From a virus: a stretch of DNA of 43,656 bases. The position numbers and the translations under genes are program-made. The stretch lies in the IMG/VR virus record IMGVR_UViG_3300010352_001565, positions 179,055-222,710 of that record. The stretch is one strand, 5' to 3'. Of this stretch, positions 27,012-36,205 are shown piece after piece. Below the pieces are notes generated by a model, which was not told the origin of the DNA, made no database searches, and saw nothing but the letters and a program-made list of their open reading frames with translations. Every line of letters begins with the position of its first letter. Positions within the stretch are counted from its first letter, which is position 1.

Positions 27012-27086
27012 GCTCCCGTAGCATAGTGGTTATGCGCCAGACTCTAAATCTGTTTTACGCCGGTTCAATCCCGGCCGGGAGCACCA
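27012..27086 (+). tRNA. tRNA with anticodon CUA (amber suppressor; identity unknown)
   Basis: Manual cloverleaf: 7-bp acceptor stem (GCTCCCG/CGGGAGC), D-arm gcat-agtggtt-atgc, anticodon stem ccaga/tctgt with loop C-T-CTA-A-A (U33 and A37 are canonical), a 5-nt variable loop, T-arm gccgg-TTCAATC-ccggc, discriminator A and an encoded CCA. Confidence 0.7.
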
Positions 27087-27103
27087 ACTTTTGTAGGTAA
27101 AGT

Positions 27104-27466
27104 ATGAAAAAACAGAAACCAGGAAGTAAATCTCGTAAGCTCATTGAGGCAGCGGAAAAGTCGCAGACGCCGCAGACGCTGTTGCCCGGCGACTACGTCC
27201 GCCTGATCGGCGGCGAAGAGATCCCTGATGAGTTCGGAGTGATCGAGTGGGATGAGGGAATATCACCGCTTGGTGAGCATTTTTACGTGGTGCAGGTTGA
27301 TCCAAAATGCATCCACGACGAGGACGATGATGGCGCGCGTGAGGTCACGCAAGATCAGATCCAGTTCATCCGCCGTGGAAAGGGAACATTCACCGGTAAG
27401 CAATCTGCCGGCGTCAAGAGGGTGAGAGACTACCTTCAGGCGCACGGACAGGACCAGAAAAACTAG
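27104..27466 (+). CDS. hypothetical protein (120 aa) ending in TAG, in frame with the downstream PTH2 gene
   Basis: Its ATG is 18 nt after the tRNA. Its TAG stop is at 27464-27466. Confidence 0.5.
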   Translation: MKKQKPGSKSRKLIEAAEKSQTPQTLLPGDYVRLIGGEEIPDEFGVIEWDEGISPLGEHFYVVQVDPKCIHDEDDDGAREVTQDQIQFIRRGKGTFTGKQSAGVKRVRDYLQAHGQDQKN

Positions 27467-27520
27467 TGTACAACTCAACAAAGAAAGCATATTCTTATGA
27501 ACATGAATACCCACACGTAG

Positions 27521-27907
27521 GTGTCTGAACCGGCCGCTGATCAAACCATGCGGCTGTACGCCATCGCTCATGCCAACCTCGGCATGGGAACTGGCAAACT
27601 CGCTTCTCAATGCGGTCACGCATTCACTGAAGCGCTTCTTCACTCACAAGAGTTTCAACCTGCTCGTTTTAAGGAATACCGCTCAGACGGGATGGGCACT
27701 AAAGTGGCCCTCTCTGCGAATTCCACCGACGAGATCCACAGCATCAAGTCCAAGTGCGACGAAGCTGGCATTCCGGCGACGATCATCACGGATTCTGGGT
27801 GTGCTAATTTCTTCAACGGAGCCCCGACGATAACCGCCATCGGCGTGGGACCTGCGAAGAGACACGAAGTCAAAAAGATCCTCGGGCGGTTAAAACTGAT
27901 CAACTGA
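27521..27907 (+). CDS. peptidyl-tRNA hydrolase, PTH2 family
   Basis: LGMGTGKLASQCGHA and GTKVAL...GIPATIITDSGCANFFNGAPTITAIGVGP...ILGRLKL align motif by motif with archaeal and eukaryotic PTH2 (LGMGKGKVAAQCSHAA ... [21 protein letters not shown]...VTGHLKL). The track start is a GTG. The first ATG is at about 27548 and has no obvious SD. Confidence 0.8.
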   Translation: MSEPAADQTMRLYAIAHANLGMGTGKLASQCGHAFTEALLHSQEFQPARFKEYRSDGMGTKVALSANSTDEIHSIKSKCDEAGIPATIITDSGCANFFNGAPTITAIGVGPAKRHEVKKILGRLKLIN

Positions 27908-27945
27908 ACTATTAAAATTCAACAAACTGATAGGAAACTAATAAT

Positions 27946-28251
27946 ATGACAACGACAACGAATATCGCTAGCACACCGCTGACCTTCACCACCCGCGAAC
28001 AATACGTCGCTTGGCGCGCCCAGTGGCGCAAGGAATACGCCGAACTCAGCTCCAGAATCCGAAAGGAAAACCTCGCGCTCAAGGACGCCTTCCGCGGAAA
28101 AGGAACGGCTTCCACGTGGACAATCCGGCATAACCTGGTGGTTCTCCGCAGCACCGCCAGAGCCATGCTTGAGATGCGCGCCGCATCGAAGGTCCGCGCT
28201 CAAGAGCAGCATAAAGCGGCTCATCCGACAGAGCTGCTTGTCAGTGAATAA
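27946..28251 (+). CDS. hypothetical protein (101 aa)
   Basis: AGGAAACTAATAAT lies upstream of the ATG. Confidence 0.45.
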   Translation: MTTTTNIASTPLTFTTREQYVAWRAQWRKEYAELSSRIRKENLALKDAFRGKGTASTWTIRHNLVVLRSTARAMLEMRAASKVRAQEQHKAAHPTELLVSE

Positions 28252-28271
28252 ACCCGTGTCTGACTGCACCG

Positions 28272-28301
28272 CGCGCCTGAATGGTAACCCGTTCAGGCGC
28301 G
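28272..28301 (+). promoter_or_regulatory. stable hairpin (10-bp stem CGCGCCTGAA / TTCAGGCGCG, 10-nt loop) between genes
   Basis: There is no T-tract. It sequesters the first in-frame ATG (28281) of the downstream ORF. Confidence 0.35.
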
Positions 28302-28316
28302 TGTAGTTATGGCACG

Positions 28317-29432
28317 ATGTACAAACCTTCACTAGTTGAACAGCTTACCGGAGTACGAATCCCGACTCCGAAGAGCCTGATCGAGTCATTCTGGCGCGAT
28401 GGACAGGCTATCGATATTTTCGTCCCGTTGTATTACACCGCCAATCTTAAAGAGAATGACGGCATGATGACGACGCTCGAGTACATCTCGGCGATTGACG
28501 AGAAAACCGGGTCAACCCTCAAGCAAGATGTCGCTCAGCATTGGGCTGGCATGCAAGAAGATGAGGGCGAAGACGAAGAAGGAGACGAGGATCCTTCTTC
28601 GCGAGGAGACGGACGCGTCGACCGGCATGACTGGCGCTACGAAGGCGAGGACATGACTGACGAGCAGTGGGACGACGCCTTCAACAGCTACGTTAACGAG
28701 AATGGCGGATGGCACCGCTGGTTGGAAGGTTGGAGAGAAAAGAAATCGCCTGCAGCTGACTTTGAAGACGAGAGCGTTATTGAAGGAGTGCTTGAAGCTG
28801 CTCAGGACGACTGGAATGAATCCAACATGGCGCAGTACGCTGAAGATGTTCCCGGTCTGAAGAGCATCCAATGTGTGGACTACGGCCGCGTTGATAAGAA
28901 GGAAAAAGGCGCCATCGGCATCCTGCTGCGCGCTGAGTTCGACACCACCCCCGATGACGCCACTACCAAAGCGCTGGTTGGATGGGTGTCTGGTCAGATG
29001 AGCGACGGTTGGGGTGAGGGCTTCGAGCAGAACGAGTTCGGAAGCCGGCGTGGTGGCATGGGAATCGTTCCTGACGACGAAATCTACGAGTACTGTTCCA
29101 CTTCTGGGCGAGCGGACTATGACTCCAGCTACACAGCAAAATCCACATTCGGCACTGGCGAGAATGGAGTCCGCAACGATTATTCAGTTCCAAGAATGCG
29201 CGACCGCAAGACCATTCCGAGCGGCGTGAAGCAGCTTCCAGGCAAAATGGCGCAGGGAGCCAGAGACATCGGCCGAAAACTTGGTGGTCGCTTTATGAAC
29301 TCTGCGCCGGTTACGCACACAGCGCGAGTTGCAAAGGAGATTCAGCGCCGAGCGACAAACATGGGAAAAGCCATGCGTGGTGAGTCTGAATCTAAAGCGT
29401 CAAAGCTTGTCAGTAAGCTGGTCGAAGAATAA
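28317..29432 (+). CDS. highly acidic, Trp-rich protein (371 aa); candidate DNA mimic
   Basis: Long D/E runs (EDEGEDEEGDEDP, EDMTDEQWDD, EAAQDDWNES). The track ORF 28281-29432 would start inside the hairpin loop, so the ATG at 28317 is preferred. Confidence 0.5.
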   Translation: MYKPSLVEQLTGVRIPTPKSLIESFWRDGQAIDIFVPLYYTANLKENDGMMTTLEYISAIDEKTGSTLKQDVAQHWAGMQEDEGEDEEGDEDPSSRGDGRVDRHDWRYEGEDMTDEQWDDAFNSYVNENGGWHRWLEGWREKKSPAADFEDESVIEGVLEAAQDDWNESNMAQYAEDVPGLKSIQCVDYGRVDKKEKGAIGILLRAEFDTTPDDATTKALVGWVSGQMSDGWGEGFEQNEFGSRRGGMGIVPDDEIYEYCSTSGRADYDSSYTAKSTFGTGENGVRNDYSVPRMRDRKTIPSGVKQLPGKMAQGARDIGRKLGGRFMNSAPVTHTARVAKEIQRRATNMGKAMRGESESKASKLVSKLVEE

Positions 29433-29449
29433 GTCTAAAACAACGCACT

Positions 29450-29478
29450 GGCGCCGTTCAAAAGACGGCGCCTTTTTA
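29450..29478 (+). terminator. rho-independent terminator
   Basis: GGCGCCGT-tcaaaag-ACGGCGCC followed by TTTTT. Confidence 0.55.
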
Positions 29479-29480
29479 GT

Positions 29481-29532
29481 CTCAAAAATAGTTGCAAATA
29501 AATGTTTACAAATTTCCGTAGCGTGATATAGT
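29481..29532 (+). promoter_or_regulatory. conserved phage promoter copy 5
   Basis: aaaatagttgcaaataaaTGTTTACAaatttccgtagcgTGaTATAGT. A leaderless 13-codon mini-ORF (MIANNPASALRAA) starts at about 29539. Confidence 0.7.
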
Positions 29533-29577
29533 AGCGCCATGATCGCGAACAATCCCGCAAGCGCATTACGCGCCGCA

Positions 29578-31668
<2,091 letters not shown>

Positions 31669-31680
31669 CTAGGAGGAAAT

Positions 31681-31893
31681 ATGGAAATTGAAATCCCAAT
31701 GCTATCCAACGCTCACGACACGTGCGATGCGCTCTGGCAACAGATCAGGAGCGGGCGGAGAGTTTCTGTAGTCTACCTGAACGAGGAGCCGAAAGCGATT
31801 GACGCCGCCCGCGTCTGGTGCACCCATCTTCAAGTCAGGACTGGCGGCGTGTGGGAGCCAGTCCCGAGCGGGACAAAGTTCAGCGCGGTCTAG
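31681..31893 (+). CDS. small hypothetical protein (70 aa)
   Basis: It has a strong AGGAGGAAAT RBS. Confidence 0.5.
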   Translation: MEIEIPMLSNAHDTCDALWQQIRSGRRVSVVYLNEEPKAIDAARVWCTHLQVRTGGVWEPVPSGTKFSAV

Positions 31894-32186
31894 AGGCTTG
31901 CGCTGTAAGATTCTCCTTCATCTTCATCGTCGGAGCAAACGGCCACTCCTCGGAGCGGCTGGAAGTGCGATGACAGCTCAGGATTTCCAATCCTCTCAAA
32001 ACTTCTGCGATCCCGTCTTGGCCCTTCGAACTGTTGGATTGGCTGGGCAACCGGGACAAGCTTCTTTTTGCGCTCCACGAAATGGATCAGGACGGCGTAC
32101 GGACTGCGCGAGATGTCGTGCTCTGACAGCATGCGGACGATTTCAAGTGACTCTTCGGCGTTTTTAGGACGTTGGCGTTGTTTCAT
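31890..32186 (-). CDS. hypothetical protein downstream of the HNH gene
   Basis: It overlaps the 3' end of the HNH gene by 23 nt. I recognise no motif. Confidence 0.3.
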   Translation of the reverse strand: MKQRQRPKNAEESLEIVRMLSEHDISRSPYAVLIHFVERKKKLVPVAQPIQQFEGPRRDRRSFERIGNPELSSHFQPLRGVAVCSDDEDEGESYSASL

Positions 32187-32607
32187 GGTCGCAAAGAACT
32201 GGTTGAATTGAACTTAGACGCGCGCGCAAATCACTTTCGATTGCCGCGACTGTGTCGTTACTGAGAACAAAAGGCTGTTTGGCCTTAACTATCAGCTCAT
32301 CGCAGCGTTCATTTCCAATTGTTTGCCTTAACCACGCTACCGATTCCAATGGGCTTCCATGCCAGCTTGTCCCTCGCTTCTTATGGCACGAAAAGCATAG
32401 CGCAACGGCGTTGGAGGGATCCCAGCGGAGCACTAGGATCTCGCGTGGGATGATGTGGGAGGTGTCTACCTTAACATCTGGAACTCCGCGCCCGCACCAC
32501 TGGCAGACCCGGTCGTCGCGCTCTAGGATGAGCTGGGAGAATAACCGGTCAAGCTTCCGCTTGGCTTTTGCAGGGTTTAGCTTCTTGGGCTTTTTAGATT
32601 TCGCCAT
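32164..32607 (-). CDS. HNH homing endonuclease
   Basis: CQWCG ... HIIP ... N ... LCFSCH (the HNH and zinc ligands). The N-terminus is basic. Confidence 0.75.
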   Translation of the reverse strand: MAKSKKPKKLNPAKAKRKLDRLFSQLILERDDRVCQWCGRGVPDVKVDTSHIIPREILVLRWDPSNAVALCFSCHKKRGTSWHGSPLESVAWLRQTIGNERCDELIVKAKQPFVLSNDTVAAIESDLRARLSSIQPVLCDHETTPTS

Positions 32608-32641
32608 AGCTAGTTAAGAATAAATTCTGTTCTACTAGAGC

Positions 32642-33619
32642 ATGTCTACACAGAGTACTTCGCCACTGCTTAAAACGCAAGAAGAACAACAGCTAGCGCA
32701 GCAGCTAGGATTTCGTCCTCCCGTCGCGCCGGCGCCGATTCTAGCCCCTAAAAAGGGAGCCACCACCCAAGTGGTAGGATATTTCAACGGAAATCCGTGG
32801 CCGGTTCATATTTCAATTTCAGCCCTTGGAATCTCGATCCATCTCGACCAGCGCGGCGAGTATGTCACCTCCAACGGCCAGAAGGTCAATGACCCCATAT
32901 TGGACCAGTACGCCGGTCCCGGACAGCTCTCTCGCGAGCTTTCAAAGACTCCTGTCCCTGTCATCCGCATCATCCCTGTGTCGGTGTCTGCGCCGAACCA
33001 GCAGCACTCTGTGCACGGCACCCAGACGCTCGACAAAAACAAAGAAGGCATCGTGATCAAGCCGATCATGACCCCGGTCGTGGATCCAACGGCATCCGTT
33101 CCTCTCCCGAGCTCTGCACCCGTGGTTGGAATGACTATGGAGGCCGCTCGCAGAATGCGCCTCGTTCGCCAGACGGTAGACCCTGGTGAATCGAACGTTG
33201 TTGACACGTTTGGAAATCCTGCCGATTCAAAGTCAATCCCCACCATTGACGATGTCATGCCGCGCGATATTACCCCTGGCGAGCAGCGCCGCCTGAACCG
33301 CGAAGCCCAGACTGCTCATCCCGCTCTTTCCGCTCCTGAATCCGACGCGCAGGCAGTCCTTCAGCAAGCTCTGAGAAAAGCCGGAAAGAACAACGTTATC
33401 GTTGACGATGCCGTCAAAGCCGCTCTCATGGCCTCCGCTCCTGAAGTCGACCCGACAGCAAATCTTCCTCGCCCGAACCTGACCGAATCCGCTGACAAGT
33501 TTGTCTGTTCGCTGGACGGTGAAGAGTTCGACTTCCGCTCAGAACTCGAGAAGCACGCCAAGAGCAAGTTCCCGGACAGCGTTGAAGAGATCATGGCGCC
33601 GTACCCTGCCGCGCCCTAG
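32642..33619 (+). CDS. hypothetical Pro/Ala-rich protein (325 aa)
   Basis: The palindrome AGAATaaATTCT lies in the 34-bp divergent gap upstream. Confidence 0.5.
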   Translation: MSTQSTSPLLKTQEEQQLAQQLGFRPPVAPAPILAPKKGATTQVVGYFNGNPWPVHISISALGISIHLDQRGEYVTSNGQKVNDPILDQYAGPGQLSRELSKTPVPVIRIIPVSVSAPNQQHSVHGTQTLDKNKEGIVIKPIMTPVVDPTASVPLPSSAPVVGMTMEAARRMRLVRQTVDPGESNVVDTFGNPADSKSIPTIDDVMPRDITPGEQRRLNREAQTAHPALSAPESDAQAVLQQALRKAGKNNVIVDDAVKAALMASAPEVDPTANLPRPNLTESADKFVCSLDGEEFDFRSELEKHAKSKFPDSVEEIMAPYPAAP

Positions 33620-33629
33620 TATTTAGGGC

Positions 33630-34454
33630 ATGAGTGCTGAGCCACTTCAAACGTCCGCCAATAGCCCAGATTCGCTTCCGCTGGTCGGTTACACAATCGA
33701 CCAGCTTAAAGCTTATATCCTTCGATCGCTTGGATCTCCGATGTGGAGCGTGGAGGTCACCCAACAGCAAGTCCTTGATTGCATAAACGACGCGCTTGGG
33801 AAGTTTTCTCAGTGGTGCCCTCAGCCAAAGTTTGGGTCGGTCAAGATGGTTGAGGGCCAATCAGCCTACCTCAAAGGAGTCGACGTTGGCCAGGGAATCG
33901 CCCAGATTGACTTTGTCGAGCCGATGCCGCTCCAGTACGAGCTCTTCTACGGCAACCTTTTCAACAACGGTCCGCTTGTTGGACGCGGTCTCGAGGAGAT
34001 GGACATGTGGCTCAGGTGGAGAAAGACCTGGAAGCGGGTCATGTCAGTTCAGCCAGACTGGATCTACGACGAGGTCAACAGGGTCCTTCTGATACACAAT
34101 CCGATTGACCGGTACCATGCAGGGATCATTTGTTACGGCAACTATGAGCGGACAGAGCGCCTGCCAATGACAGGAGCCCAGTGGGTCAAGGAGTTTGCCC
34201 TAGAGAAAGCCCGGTACCAGTATGGCGAGAATATGTCCAAGTTCAGCGGCGCCATTCCTGGTCCGCTTAAAGACCTTCAGATGGACACCTCCAAGCGCGA
34301 CAAAGCCGAAGCCCGCATGGAGAAGCTGCTCGAGAAGCTCCAGGGAATGCAGACCAGCACCCCCATCATGATCGATACCATCTTAGCTTTACTGATTCCA
34401 GCAGGCTTGGCAGTATCTAGTCTGTGGAATACTATGTTTACGAGTTGGTGTTAA
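33630..34454 (+). CDS. hypothetical protein (274 aa), possibly virion-associated
   Basis: I recognise no motif. The CCCTA-gtatt-TAGGG hairpin lies just upstream. Confidence 0.45.
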   Translation: MSAEPLQTSANSPDSLPLVGYTIDQLKAYILRSLGSPMWSVEVTQQQVLDCINDALGKFSQWCPQPKFGSVKMVEGQSAYLKGVDVGQGIAQIDFVEPMPLQYELFYGNLFNNGPLVGRGLEEMDMWLRWRKTWKRVMSVQPDWIYDEVNRVLLIHNPIDRYHAGIICYGNYERTERLPMTGAQWVKEFALEKARYQYGENMSKFSGAIPGPLKDLQMDTSKRDKAEARMEKLLEKLQGMQTSTPIMIDTILALLIPAGLAVSSLWNTMFTSWC

Positions 34455-35287
34455 TGCCTGACAACCGCGTCCTTTACGTCGGAAAAGGACACGGTTCGCG
34501 GATGAGTTTTCACCAAAAAGTTATTGACCATCCTCAAAATAAGCTGAATCAGCGTCCGATGTACCAAGGGCTGCGCGCTGAGCTCACACCTGGAAAGTCG
34601 TTTATCGCGCGAAAGGTGTTTGAGTCCGCCGACGAGATCGTGTGCCTTCTCGAAGAGCAACGGCGAATCCACGAATACGGATTCGATAATCTGTTAAACG
34701 TGGCTTCTCACGCCTTCACTGGACGCCGAATGAAACCAGCTGTTGGAAGGCTTATCGCTTCTAAGCTCAAAGCCTATGTTCAACGCTGTCGCGATCAGTA
34801 CGGATCTGGGCACCCTCCAGAAGTTGCTGCCAAAATCGCGGCGTCAAACCGCGGAAAGCAGCTAAGCTCAGAGCACATTCAGAAAATTCGTGATCTCCAT
34901 GCGTCTGGAAAGATGGACCACGTTCATGTTGTGTTTACTGACGCCGGACGCCGAGCGCAGTCTGAACGCGGCTTCTCTGAAGAGCACCGCAAGGCGCTGT
35001 CCATATCCTGCCGCGGTAGGAAGTACCCAAACAGAAGGCGTCCTGGAATCATTCAAAAACAGGATAAAATGAGGTACAAAGGAGTGTCGCTGTTTAAAGG
35101 AAAGTGGGTGGCTAGGATCACAATCGAAGGCAAGGTAAAGATGGTTGGAGTGAGGTCAGATGACCGCCAAGCAGCCGTGCTGTACGACAACGCGGCTGAG
35201 AAGCTGTTCGGAAAGAGACCGAACGCCACAGAGCGCTCAGAGCAGGTCCAATCTGCGTGGGCAACGGCGTCAAGTTTGAAATGGTAG
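34424..35287 (+). CDS. GIY-YIG homing endonuclease with NUMOD3 and AP2 DNA-binding domains
   Basis: The N-terminus YYVYELV...NRVLYVGKG is GIY-YIG-like. KIAASNRGKQLSSEHIQKI is NUMOD3-like. YKGVSLFKGKWVARITIEGKVKMVGVRSDDRQAAVLYDNAA is an AP2 domain. The start is a GTG that overlaps the upstream gene by 31 nt. Confidence 0.7.
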   Translation: MEYYVYELVLMPDNRVLYVGKGHGSRMSFHQKVIDHPQNKLNQRPMYQGLRAELTPGKSFIARKVFESADEIVCLLEEQRRIHEYGFDNLLNVASHAFTGRRMKPAVGRLIASKLKAYVQRCRDQYGSGHPPEVAAKIAASNRGKQLSSEHIQKIRDLHASGKMDHVHVVFTDAGRRAQSERGFSEEHRKALSISCRGRKYPNRRRPGIIQKQDKMRYKGVSLFKGKWVARITIEGKVKMVGVRSDDRQAAVLYDNAAEKLFGKRPNATERSEQVQSAWATASSLKW

Positions 35288-35302
35288 TTAGGTTAGCGCG
35301 GC

Positions 35303-35345
35303 AATACTAAAAAGTGTTTACAAAATGCTGAAAGCGTGATATAGT
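35303..35345 (+). promoter_or_regulatory. conserved phage promoter copy 6
   Basis: actaaaaagTGTTTACAaaatgctgaaagcgTGaTATAGT. The spacer is 17 bp. Confidence 0.65.
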
Positions 35346-35364
35346 GGGTGCGTGAAGAAATAGC

Positions 35365-35952
35365 ATGAGAATCGACGACTACATCTTGCAGTGCGGTGTT
35401 CGATCGCTGTGCGAATCTGAGTCTTCAGATACGCCTCCGACGCCGCAAGAAGTGGCTGAACTCTTGGCCTACCTTCGGAAGTTCAAGCTGAACCCTGTCA
35501 TTGTCGGTGGAGTCGCCGTGTTCCACCACTTGAAGTCGGCTAAGTCAAGCGATTTCCGTCCTACTGTGGACATCGACGTCCATGTCACCAGGCCTCTTCC
35601 TCCTCCGCCTTCCGGGTGGAGTGACAACAACCATGAAGGAATTGACAGCTGGAAAAGCCCGTCTGGCGGCAACGTCGATTTTATCATCGGCGGTCAGGTC
35701 CTGTCTGGGACGTATCGCACTCTAAAGAGTGTCAAGGTAGCTCCAGATTCACCCCAGGAGTATCCTGTGGCTGCGCTTGATGACTTGCTAAGGATGAAGC
35801 TTGGGACCTTCAGAGAGAAGGACCAGAGAGATCTTATCTCGCTTGCTCACGCCTATGAGTTTCCTGAGCTCAGCGGACTGACAAGGAATCAGAAAGAAGA
35901 CTACGACTTCTTCAAAGGTTACGCAGCGAGCATCAAGGCGCGGAAGGAGTAG
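35365..35952 (+). CDS. nucleotidyltransferase-fold protein (AbiEii / DUF1814 / MNT-like)
   Basis: VIVGGVAVFHHLKSAKSSDFRPTVDIDV matches the Pol-beta superfamily hG[GS]...D.D signature, with AbiEii-like spacing. It is the first gene after an early promoter. Confidence 0.4.
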   Translation: MRIDDYILQCGVRSLCESESSDTPPTPQEVAELLAYLRKFKLNPVIVGGVAVFHHLKSAKSSDFRPTVDIDVHVTRPLPPPPSGWSDNNHEGIDSWKSPSGGNVDFIIGGQVLSGTYRTLKSVKVAPDSPQEYPVAALDDLLRMKLGTFREKDQRDLISLAHAYEFPELSGLTRNQKEDYDFFKGYAASIKARKE

Positions 35953-36205
35953 TAGGAGGTTCGGCTTTGGCTTTCACCGGAGGTTGCTCGGCTTTCACCG
36001 CGGTAACCTCATTCACCAGCTCTTGGTAGTCTGCGATAATGGCTTGGGCTTCCTGAAGCATCGCCGCAGTCATGATCATCACATTGGCTCTAGCATTAAA
36101 TTGTGCGGCGCGGCGGCCAAGAGTTAGTTTATCCACATTCTTTAGAACATGTCGATTAAATTTTCGCTGTGCTACACGTCGTGCAGAGCGCACCTGATCA
36201 AGCAA
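35933..36205 (-). CDS. possible small minus-strand protein in the gap upstream of the GT2 gene
   Basis: The plus strand has a 195-bp ORF-free gap here. The minus ORF has a coiled-coil-like sequence. Its low-complexity end overlaps the stop of the NTase gene. Confidence 0.25.
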   Translation of the reverse strand: MLDQVRSARRVAQRKFNRHVLKNVDKLTLGRRAAQFNARANVMIMTAAMLQEAQAIIADYQELVNEVTAVKAEQPPVKAKAEPPTTPSAP

